DNA of 64,000 nt. It comes from Bigelowiella natans CCMP2755 (taxonomy: Eukaryota; Protista; Cercozoa). A program made the translations under genes and the position numbers. Location of the stretch: assembly GCA_000320545.1 (NCBI GenBank), contig ADNK01001960.1:82805-146804 (forward strand). The letters are read 5' to 3'. Below, in pieces: positions 40,213 to 50,057 of this stretch. Each line of letters opens with the position of its first letter. Within the stretch, counting starts at the first letter, position 1. The notes under the pieces are model-generated. The model saw nothing but the letters and a program-made list of their open reading frames with translations, made no database searches and was not told where the DNA came from.

Positions 40213-40370
40213 ATGAGACGGTTTTCTAATGAGTTGATTAAATCTTTTCAATTGTAGTTGGTGTATGCATGTGTGTGCGGCACAACTGCTATTATAACAC
40301 GCACGACGAATAAATGTAATTTGAGACGGATGTAATGAAGTGATTAAATCTTTTCAGTAGTCATCCGATG
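40213..40370 (-). mobile_element. Two degenerate family A 3'-end copies
   Basis: TGAGACGGTTTTCTAATGAG...AATCTTTTCAAT (40213) and TGAGACGGATGTAATGAAG...GTCATCC (40322). Confidence 0.6.
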
Positions 40371-40910
40371 AATAAATGTACACAGTCTTTGCCAATTCAT
40401 CATCCTCGATGATTCCAGCTACTTAGCCTTTTTTGGAATTTTCAGGTCGATGTTTTAGTGGTGTCATGTGGCTGGTCATCGCCGTCTTTCCATCTGCAAT
40501 ATCAATGCTGTGCAGGGTGCGGTACGGGGATCTCTGTCGTCTTCGATCATGGCTTGATTGGTACCCTTCGCGCAACCTGTCCTGTAGCGGTAGCTAGCAA
40601 TAGACCGGCATACATATAGACGCACGCGTTCTCGTATCCGTTATGTGGAAGTACGATGCTACGGTATAACGGCCACTGCTATGCAATGTGGCATGAAAAG
40701 GGTGTCCTCAAATCCACCTGAGCGATGGGTGACAGCGTTACCAAACGACATGCGGTACTAGGCGATGCTGTTACGGTGATTGCTTGAGCATCGATCTACT
40801 CCGTAATCTTTTGCGGCATCACTTATACTAGGCCTTACGTGATGACTTGGCTTAGAAGATGTACTAATATTTTGAACAGAAGGATTATATCTGGTATTCA
40901 AATTGCTTAC

Positions 40911-40920
40911 AAAAAAGAAA
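40911..40920 (-). terminator. Pol III oligo(T) terminator downstream of the tRNA cluster
   Basis: TTTCTTTTTT on the minus strand directly after the tRNA-like half. Confidence 0.55.
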
Positions 40921-40964
40921 GCGACGGGCCAATTCGAGCGGCCGACCTCTCCTTGCGAAGGAGA
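40920..40964 (-). pseudogene. tRNA-Ala(CGC)-like 3' portion (anticodon arm, variable loop, T arm, 3' acceptor strand); 5' part absent
   Basis: TCTCC-TTCGCAA-GGAGA GGTC GGCCG-CTCGAAT-TGGCC CGTCGCT. Confidence 0.5.
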
Positions 40965-40975
40965 TGTAGCAGATG

Positions 40976-41058
40976 AGGCAACGACAGGATTTGAACCTGC
41001 AAGGGACTACGCCCACCGATTTCAAGTCGGCTCCAATACCAGATTATGGGACGCTGCC
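40976..41058 (-). tRNA. tRNA-Ser(TGA)
   Basis: GGCAGCG/CGTTGCC acceptor, GCCGA-CTTGAAA-TCGGT anticodon arm, long variable arm, GCAGG-TTCAAAT-CCTGT T arm. Confidence 0.92.
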
Positions 41059-41085
41059 AAGGGAAAGGAGGAAAAGAGCAAGGAG

Positions 41086-41168
41086 AGGCAACGACAGGAT
41101 TTGAACCTGCAAGGGACTACGCCCACCGATTTCGAGTCGGCTCCAATACCAGATTATGGGACGCTGCC
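41086..41168 (-). tRNA. tRNA-Ser(CGA)
   Basis: Identical body to the adjacent tRNA-Ser(TGA) except at the wobble base. Confidence 0.92.
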
Positions 41169-41181
41169 AAGGGAAGAAGAG

Positions 41182-41265
41182 CGACAACCACTGGATTCGA
41201 ACCAGTGAGGGTGAATACCCAGTGCGTTAGTAGTGCACCGCCTTAAACCGCTCGGCCAGGCTGTC
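41182..41265 (-). tRNA. tRNA-Ser with Ser(GCT)-type body but anticodon ACT
   Basis: GACAGCC TG GCCGAGCGGTTTAAGGC G GTGCA-CTACTAA-CGCAC TGGGTATTCACCC TC ACTGG-TTCGAAT-CCAGT GGTTGTC G. Confidence 0.85.
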
Positions 41266-41674
41266 GATTTCTCATGCCATGTGTCGGAATGTGGGTCACG
41301 CACATCGGATGAATGGTTGAACATCGCTCTGGAGGCAAGAATATACGGACATACGCCTGCATTTTTTGTTCCTTCCGGACCTGTATGCCTGTCGATGGTG
41401 TAAAACCCAAGCATGTGGGGGGGATTCTGTTCTTCTTCCGTCGCAGCATTCCCCTTTACTTCTCCGAAAGTTCCTGAAGATTCACCGAGATTCTTCGAGA
41501 TTTTTCGACTTCTACGAGCTTTTTCGAGATGGTTGCTGGCCATGCTGTTTTGATAGATCATTCTCAGGAATTCCATCTCGTGTTTGGTAATATTACCGAC
41601 TAAAAATGATCTAAAATCGCTGCGAGCGCGTACAGCTCTCTTGTTCAACCCCCCCTCCTCCCTCATACTCTCAA

Positions 41675-42742
41675 ATGTCTGCCTTGCGACGAGCCCCCTC
41701 CATCCTCTCGATACAATCCCACGTGGTTCGAACGATGCAAAATTATATATGATGAAACACCGGCAAAATAGCGCTAAGAGTATCATTGAAAGTGGAGAGG
41801 GGGGTTGCAAAATAGCAGCCCAGATAAGCATGTACCGTACCGTTCGCAGGTATATGGGGCAGCTGGAAATAGCGCTGCAGTATTTCCCATGCGGAGACTC
41901 GGCGCATACGTGTGGCCACTTAACACTGTCCAGTTCTCAAACCACACTCAATACGGTTAGGGTGAAACTTAATTAATGGTTCGCTGTTCATGATGGTAGT
42001 GTTATTTGGCATAGGCGCCTGGGAAGGCCTTCCGACTCCCGATGGACAGATATCTAAATTGGTGGATGGAATAGCAGCACGTGGAGTCCTTAAAAAATGC
42101 GACGCTCTATTATCAGGCTACCTTGGTTCTGCCGCTCAAGGCGGGCACGTTCTCTCCGCGGTAGCAAGTATCAAAGCTGCAAATCCCCTTGCAGTGTATT
42201 GTTGCGACCCTGTTATGGGTCATCCTGCGAAGGGCTGCATCGTACCAGAAGGGGTTCAGGAATTCTTTCGGGAAGAGGCGGTTCCGATGGCAGATATTAT
42301 ATGTCCCAACGTCCTAGAGCTCGGGGTTCTCGCTGGAATGGACAGCATATCATCTGTGGGGGATTGCATTGAAGCTGCTCGCTCAATTATATCGAGAGGA
42401 CCCAAGATTGTTTTTATTAAGCATCTTGCAAGCGCGGGTTTGGAACCTAACAAGTCCTTCGAGATGCTTCTGGTTTCGTCCGAGGAGGCATTTCATGTCG
42501 CCACTCCCATTGTACCCTTCGAACGACCACCTACCGGCGTTGGGGATTTGACAACTGGAATTTTCCTTGTGAAGCTATTGACGGGAGCAAGTTTAGAGGA
42601 AGCTCTGAAGCACACTGCAGGGGCTTACTTTGGGGTCATGGTGACCACGAGTAAATTCGACGAATATGAATTACAGCTCATAGATGCTCAAGATGAGATA
42701 GCAAACCCTACTGCTCAGTTTGAAATAAAAAATGTGGATTAA
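41675..42742 (+). CDS. pdxY: Pyridoxal kinase, bacterial PdxY type; exons 41675-41725, 41850-41955, 42015-42742
   Basis: Spliced product [44 protein letters not shown]...[23 protein letters not shown]...GVGDLTTG...[11 protein letters not shown] closely follows E. coli PdxY as I recall it. Confidence 0.93.
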
Positions 42743-42941
42743 TAATTAGATCATGCGGTGAAGAATGAAGCACACGCATGAATTTGTATCGCATGCTAAG
42801 GACATTCAGCCATGTGCACCGCAAGAACTTGCATTGAGCTCAATCCAGCATCACTGCTAGCGAATCGCCGTCTACGCCGTAGCGGATCGGAGTGGCTCAC
42901 AGGGCTATTAGCAAATGGCTCTTGCTCCCATGTTATACATG

Positions 42942-43060
42942 TGAGACGGATGTAATGAAATTATTACATTTTGTTCAATGGTCATCCTGATGCGTAGCAG
43001 CCATGCAATATAGCAAGGCGGTGGCTACAGCGCTAATGTTGCGTGAGTTAGTTTCTGGGA
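42942..43060 (-). mobile_element. Family A 3'-end copy
   Basis: TGAGACGGATGTAATGAAA...GGTCATCCTGATG...GGCTACAGCGCTAATGTTG. Confidence 0.7.
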
Positions 43061-43472
43061 CACATGCATAGGTACGGTAGCTATTTACACATCAATCAAC
43101 CAACGCTGATCAATGATGGATCCTTCGATCAATGCGAAAAATGCAACCTTCTTTCATGACGACACGCGCGAATGCCATGGCGCAGCCATGACATCATGCT
43201 GCCATGTACCATGTGCAGGAGAGGACACTGAATAGGAGTTCAACCATATTGCTTTCTAGGCCTCTCCAGGGCCTTCATCGCATATTTGACGAGCATGATG
43301 ACAAATTAATTTGGGTCAGTCGTGGAAGTACATTTTAGTTTGTGAAGTACATTGAACTGGGCAGGTAGAAATCGAGACATTGAGCCAGCATTACATTTCA
43401 TTTATATTCGTCAAGCGCAAGTGTCTGAGCTATGATGTTATATAATTACAGGAAGAATGTATCAGCTTAATT

Positions 43473-44323
43473 TCACACTGTTTTGGGGGGTGTATGGGCG
43501 AAGGATTGCATGACTTCTGGAGCTAGTATTTTGCCGACATTTTGGAGACCTTCTACACTCATCTGGGAATGATCTTTCAAAATGACGACGATGTTTCTTG
43601 GACGATAGTTTGCTAGGCCATACTCGATTCTTCGTCTTTCACTAGGCATCATATCGTTCTGGTCAGATCGCACTTTCTCATCATCCCCCTGTTCCCTTTC
43701 CTTGTGCTCATCAAGAGCGGGTCGGAACGGTCGTTTCACCATCTGCTCGTGCTTCTTCTCCTTAACTTCGCTACCTTCTTCCCCCTGCTGCAAAGCAGGT
43801 GGATGGTCCATCGTCTCTGTCTCTGTCGCAATGTTTTCTTTGTCCTTTGTGATCTTACATGTCACCTCCTCAATCGAAGGGAGATTCGGGTGAAGTCGCC
43901 GCGCCATGGAGATGAGCTTCACTGCATTTTCGGCTGGCATTCCGAGCTAAATGCATTATTACCATGTATCATTATCCTTATTATCAAGAAGGATTCTCGC
44001 CAGACTTTCTCTCAAAAACAATAAAAAGTCCTCCCTCTAGTTCCCGCATCTGTCGCAAGAATATCAACTTTGTGAAATGCATGGAATGAGATTTTGAGTT
44101 GAAGGTTCCTTCCTTCTTCCCAAGCCCAAGCCCAAGCCCAATCTCATGCGTGCGTGGGGATTACCGATATCAATGTACTACAATCTGAAACACTAATATC
44201 TGCGAGCGACTCGCAGCCATTCTCAAGAAGATTCTCAAAGTGGTCTTCGAGAGATAGAGAGGTCATGATATGCTTCAGTTGCTCATATCCATTGGTGCTT
44301 CTTGTTTTCAGAATGTTGTTCAT
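43473..44323 (-). CDS. SAM-domain-like protein, tandem paralogue B (exons 44165-44323, 43473-43946)
   Basis: YEQLKHIMTSLSLEDHFENLLENGCESLADISVSDCSTLIS|LGMPAENAVKLI resembles a sterile alpha motif. Confidence 0.65.
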
Positions 44324-44489
44324 GGAGGTGGGTTGGGGCAGCGAAGGACTGGTATTGATAACACCTCCGTTTGGTATGACATTGTTGTTGCATCTGATCA
44401 TATACAACAACAACAAGAAGAATAAGAGGAGAAGAAGTAAACATAGAACTCACTACTCTGGAGCAACATATCCCTAATTCTACGGCAAT

Positions 44490-45273
44490 CTATCCTAAAT
44501 CAGTTGAAATTGTTTTCTCCCTCTCGGAAGGCCACCTAAGGTTTGCCTTCAAGAAGTTGAGATCGCTCTGTGATATAGGAAGGAGCGACACATTCGGCAT
44601 CAACTCGGTTGTGAGAATCTTGGCGACATCCCGGAGTCCACCAACACTCTTCCGCACATGATTTCTCAGAATTGTAACGATATCCTCCGGGTTGGAATTT
44701 TTCAGGGCCGCCTCAACTCGCTGCCTTTCCTCTGGCGTTAATATATTCTCGTGGTCTGCAGGTGACTCAGTGTTGCTATTTCGTTGCCTTTTAGTGGTCG
44801 TGTTTAATTCATTCCCTCTCGACAAACGTGCCCGTTTCATTCCGCTCTTCTTTGTTTCTTCCACTTCAATATGCTCTGTAGCTGATTGGTCGTTCCCCTC
44901 AATTTCCACATCCTCAAGCTCTCCTGTCTCCTCCTCCTGTGTAGCATTCATCCGTGCCATTTGTACGTCCTCGATCGAAGGGAGGTCAGGGCAGACCCGC
45001 CTTGCCATAGAAATGAGTTTTATAGCATCCTCCGAAGTTATTCCCAGCTAAAAACAAAGTATTCATAATTTCATCGTTGTAGAAAATCTCTAACGGAAGT
45101 ATAAATGGTTATTGAACCGTGGTCAAGGTCTTGCAATCTGAAACACTAATGTCTGCTATCGACTCGCAGCCATTCTCAAGAAGTGTCTGGAGGTGGATTT
45201 CGAGAGATAAAGACGTCAAGATCAACTTGAGCTGCTCATAGGCGCCGATTTGCATTGAAAACGGATCGTTCAT
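44490..45273 (-). CDS. SAM-domain-like protein, tandem paralogue A (exons 45118-~45273, 44490-45047)
   Basis: YEQLKLILTSLSLEIHLQTLLENGCESIADISVSDCKTLTT|LGITSEDAIKLI; same intron position as paralogue B. Confidence 0.65.
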
Positions 45274-46096
45274 CGATAGGAATATGCTGCATTTAATGCC
45301 ATGGGCAGAAGATCTACGGATCAACCGCTTGATGGTACCGAGATTGCATTCAGGAAGGGGGGAGAGGCGAATGCACACGAGCACTCCGGAAGAAACACGA
45401 TGATCAGATGATCAGAGAGCCCAAATTTCCCCACGGGGAAATCAGAAATCCCGGTTTTTATGATAAAGTTCAAGTTCGATTAAAAATCGATTGATTTTTA
45501 CATTGCGACAAGTTCGACCGAGGTCTGAATTTTCCACTTCAAAAATTTACTGCTTTTCATGGAATTTGGAGCATGTGACGCATGACGGATGAAATGTATC
45601 CCCACAGTTTTCCTACAAATCCACAAAATTCCATGTTTGGAATCAGGAAATCTTTCTTTAGATAATATTATCATAAAATGATATTTCGCATGTCTATTTT
45701 TGGAAGAGGAGCAGCTATGGAAGATCTACTCGTACGAGCTCGTAACCCTAAACTCAGGTTTTCCAATGTAAAATGGCCTCTATTTATTGCAAGCGATATT
45801 AATTGTCAGGATGAAACAGTATGTAACTGCCGTTCCAAAAATTCTTGGGTATGAAGCAGCTGCTTTCTCAAGCAGATTTTTAGACTAAAAAATCTTCGCA
45901 CCCTCCCAAGAACTCTTCATCAACTTAAAGGGTACGAGCTTCGAAGCACCAACTGTGAGAAGCCTTATCACCACAAAGTAGGTATTCAATACCAGAGTGT
46001 TTTGTGTAGGGAAGGGAAAGAGTGCGCGGGTGTATCACTGAATCGCTCGACCATTCAAATTCCCTGATGTTAATGTCTTCCAGGCTTGAAGTCAAA

Positions 46097-48437
46097 ATGT
46101 TTTCCGCTTCGAAACCTGATCCGAAGGACCCTCACCAACTAGATGGGAAAGTGCGAATAGAGATCCTATCCGGTAGGAAGCTCACCGACAAGGCATACAT
46201 CGGCACGCAATCTCCATATCTGGTCCTGAAAGTTGGACCACATCGAATGGTCACGAAGGTAAAGTATTTCGCTTGTTGTTGGTCACTGTCTTTTTACATT
46301 GTTAGGAAAAGAAAAAGATATAGGATCTGTAATAACCAAGCCGTTCAGCATTGTTCGACGCCTTCTTTATCCAGCATTATCACTACAGGTGCATAACCAC
46401 GGTGGCCTGGAGCCCAAATGGAACCAAGCTTTTGAGTTCAACGTCAAGGGCACGGAAAATCAGGTCATGGCGATTGAGGTGCGGGCCAAGGAGACGTTTA
46501 ATGACACTACCATAGGCAAGCGCCAGGTTCGACTTTATGATTTCTGGAAGAAGTGTCCTCCGAAGGGAGGCTGGTGGCGAATCCACTCCAAGCAGTACAT
46601 TCATAAGATCCGCGGTGAGATCTACTTCCGCTGCCGTGTCAACGGAAAAACCTACCAGCAACAAAACGCACGTCGTGCCTCTGCTCAAATAGTCTCAGCT
46701 CCAGCTGCGCCACCTCCACCTTCGGTACCGAAGCCGAAAATGATCTGGGAGGTTGCTTTGCCCGAGGGCGTTACTGTGCGCACCGAACCAAGCCTCACCG
46801 GGACCAAAGTTTCCTATGATGGGAAAAAATGTATCGTTCTTCCGCAAGGCACGCTTCTGGACTCAAGCTTGATTCACAAGAGCTACAGCAAGTTAAAGAA
46901 TGGTAAATTCCTAGCCACATACTGGATTCGACACGGGCTGGGCTGGTCCTGCTGCAAGTAAGTTTATTTATCAACTCGTCAGAAAGATCACCCTCCATGA
47001 TAGTTCTACAGAATTAAAAATAAAGAGAAGAAAGAAAAATTACCTTCTAATGTGTTAAATGCTTGCACCACCTGCACTCTGCTCCTTAGGTATGGTCACT
47101 CCCAGGTAATGATTCCACTTTCCGAGTTTAAGATCTACGAAGTCATTGCCCGCACCGAGATCTCCGTGCGCACAATGCCAGGCCTTGGTGCTCCGCGATC
47201 ACAGAACATCTTACACCCCGGACAAGTTATCCTCGGACGCCAAACAGAAAGCGTTAAAGAAGCCAAGGGGGCGGTGTCTACTTGGATTCTGCACGGAAAT
47301 GGCTGGTCATGCGCAGCCCTTGGTAAGGAGAACTTTATGGTACAGATCATGTTTCGAAAGGCCTTTCAGGTTGTGCTCAAGCAGGGTGTCACAATCCGCA
47401 ATAAGCCATCTCTAAAAGCAAAAGTAATAGGTGAGCTAAAGCATATGCAGTGCGCTGTTTCGCGGGAGATCAAACAGACTCAGGAAGGAGATAAGGTAGC
47501 CGTCTGGATGAGGACACGTGCAGGATGGTCTTGCTTGAAGCTCGGTAATCTTGTCACGATGATTCCTCTCGGCCAGGGGAAGGCATGGTGGGAGGTGACG
47601 GCACCTGCGCTCTCCCTCAGATGCACACCCGGCGTAGAAGGTCAAAAGACCAAGACTGTGTTGAAAAAACACTTATGTTTGGTGAGCCGCGGCCTATATC
47701 CCCTGCCTTTCGAAAAGGCATACTGGCTAAAGCTACTAGGCGGATACTCTTGCTTTAAGCTCAAACAAGAGGAGCTCATGCGCCTGAAGTGCGGCGTAGA
47801 GGCTTGGGAGGTCGTCAACGAAGCAGGTCTCTATATTCGCTCTAAACCTGGTGGAAAGAAGCACATCCTCGGTTTCTTGCCAAAGGGAGAGCTAATATTG
47901 AGCAGATACATGGTCAAGGTTCTTGATGATAACTTTCCCCCAACTATCTGGGTGCGTCACGGCCGTGGTTGGACCTGCATCCAGCTCGGCGAAAAATGGG
48001 TCGCGCGTCCGGTTATCCCCTCGAGCTTTGAGAATGTCAAGCAGCGTCCGATCAAAACATACAATCTCAAAGAGATCCATGCAGCCGCTACACCTATTCA
48101 TTTCGATCCGAGCCAACAGCACGATAAGGAACTTATCGGCCAGGTTATCGCAGTTAAGACAGAGAATAAGGCTGTGCAGGGCCAGGTCCTCCAGCGCCAT
48201 GCGTCCTCCGAACAAGAGCTCGTCGACAATCATGATACCGCGCACGCGCACACCGGTGACGAGATTCCCGAGGCTGAAGGTGTTGCAGTAATCATTGGTG
48301 AGCCGGAAATCATCAACCCGCCAAAACCACAAACTGCGCCTGCAGTTGTCGCAGCTGTACAAGTTCAGCGACCAACATCTACAGTAGACGCAGAGGCCAT
48401 TGCTGACAACGTTGTGTCGGGAGAGGTGGTTGGGTAG
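46097..48437 (+). CDS. C2 domain protein with five SH3b-like repeats, 3 coding exons
   Basis: C2: VRIEILSGRKLTD...QSPYLVLKVG...GGLEPKWNQAFEFNV...DTTIG. Then a Pro-rich linker and five repeats of the form W/YEV....vtvR..P...G...W.....GWSC. Confidence 0.8.
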
Positions 48438-48549
48438 GTTTGCGCAACATTGATTGAGCAAGTATACAAGCGCCTCGCTACTGAACACAGGCTTTCCATC
48501 TAGGTGGTGTGAAGAAAACTAGGAGTTGCTTCCAGCATGTGTACATGTA

Positions 48550-48740
48550 TGAGACGGATGTAATGAAATGTTTAAATTTTTTCAATAGTCATCCTAATGT
48601 AGCTATGCAATGCAGCGGCTACAGCGCTTAAGTTGTATCTGTTGGTTTCCTTGGTCACATGATGCATGCATGAAAATGCACGATGATTAACACATGTATG
48701 CGCACGTGCATTGCAAGCTGAGCACGCGCTGCGGCACAAT
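48550..48740 (-). mobile_element. Family A 3'-end copy (least TpA-depleted copy)
   Basis: TGAGACGGATGTAATGAAATGTTTAAATTTTTTCAATAGTCATCCTAATGTAGCTATGCAATGCAGCGGCTACAGCGCTTAAGTTGTATCTG. Confidence 0.75.
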
Positions 48741-49124
48741 GTGGATGGGTGCGCTAGCTAGAGCATGGACTACTAGACTACGTACTTAGCTAGTCTCGAT
48801 CATTTTAATGGCCTCGATCATCACGCTGGCAACATCCATATATGTGCAAGTAGTGCTAGAGTGCATCGTCACATCACAATGAATCGAGTCCTGCGCCTGC
48901 ATCGCATACATAGCATGCTAGCATGGCAATTAGCAATATATAATAATGACTGCGGATCCTACATTATGATCTACATAGCATGCACATGCGTAATTTTGCA
49001 TCGACGTACAGCGCGTCATCTAACTACACACATAATTAAGTCGACGTATAAACGGCATCCATATCAACAAGCAAGTCCATCTGCACATTTGTCTGCTAGA
49101 TTTAGCTTTACAACATACATGGCT

Positions 49125-49667
49125 ACCTTCCTTCAGTCGTCAATTGGCTCCAGAGATTTCTTGAGAACATGGCTGCAAATTCGCGGCGCTGCGCATGCAC
49201 TGGCATCCCACGTTGTCCACAAAACTGCCGAGCATTGCCATGACGAACTGGATGCGATTCATCACGCCAGCAGCTGGCAACCTCATCGGCAATTGCTCTT
49301 GCCATGCAGGGGGCAAATCACTGAAGAACACGCAAAGCGTGCAACTTGTGCGACACCATCCAAGACATGGACCATCTCCTGGGCTGCCCCGCACATGCAC
49401 CACAGGCTGCACAACTGTGTGACACACTTCAAGCCCATGATAGACAGAAACGATGACACTCAACAATTGACTGAGTCACAACGACAAGAACGATGGAATG
49501 TTCGCTCAGCTCGCGCGCATGCGCAGCATCACCAACGCTTTTTCCAAGTTGACTGATCATTGCAGACAGAAAAACAAACACAACTGAAGCTCTGCAGCCG
49601 CAGCTTTGCACAGCTATGTCAGGATGACCACATTGAACGAATCGATTTGTTCATCACATCCGTCTCA
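49125..49667 (+). mobile_element. Longest family A relic: CCHC zinc knuckle (CNLCDTIQDMDHLLGCP) followed by the shared 3' end
   Basis: tgcaacttgtgcgacaccatccaagacatggaccatctcctgggctgcccc at ~49340-49390; ends CATCACATCCGTCTCA. Confidence 0.7.
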
Positions 49668-49693
49668 TGCATGTGTGTTGTGACAATGTGATC

Positions 49694-49880
49694 GTTTCAT
49701 TACATCCGTCACACACACACACACACATGATGCGTGTGCGTGTGTGTGCGCGCGCACGCGTGTGTTAATCGCAGAAACTAACAGATTCAACATGAGCGCT
49801 GTAGCCGCTGCATTGCATGCCTACATTAGGGTGACGATTGAAAAGATTTAATCACATCACAATCACCACATCCGTCACAT
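49694..49880 (+). mobile_element. Two further family A 3'-end copies with CA/TA tails
   Basis: TTTCATTACATCCGTCACACACA (49695) and AGCGCTGTAGCCGCTGCATTGC...CACATCCGTCACATAC (49795-49880). Confidence 0.65.
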
Positions 49881-49896
49881 ACATTGTATGTATTTG

Positions 49897-49947
<51 letters not shown>

Positions 49948-50057
49948 AACAAGGGGTTGCATCCAGCGATGGTGATGGGGTGAGCACACGATGCGATGCA
50001 TTTTTTTATAATACCCTTCCAGTCATGCATTATCATCAGCTTCGCACAACTTTGTAA

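Noticed and set aside
40800-40964. Permuted tRNA gene
   Set aside because: No matching 5' half is visible downstream of the Ala-like 3' module; a T-run terminator follows immediately.
41019-41027. TTCAA read as a tRNA-Sec/opal suppressor anticodon
   Set aside because: The tRNA is on the minus strand, where the anticodon is TGA (Ser).
40976-41172. Direct repeat resembling a CRISPR or att-site duplication
   Set aside because: It is a duplicated tRNA-Ser gene; there is no spacer array or integrase in the window.
48861-49556. 231-aa ORF and other multi-frame ORFs in the TA-poor tracts
   Set aside because: Artefacts of the loss of TAA/TAG stops in hypermutated TE relics.
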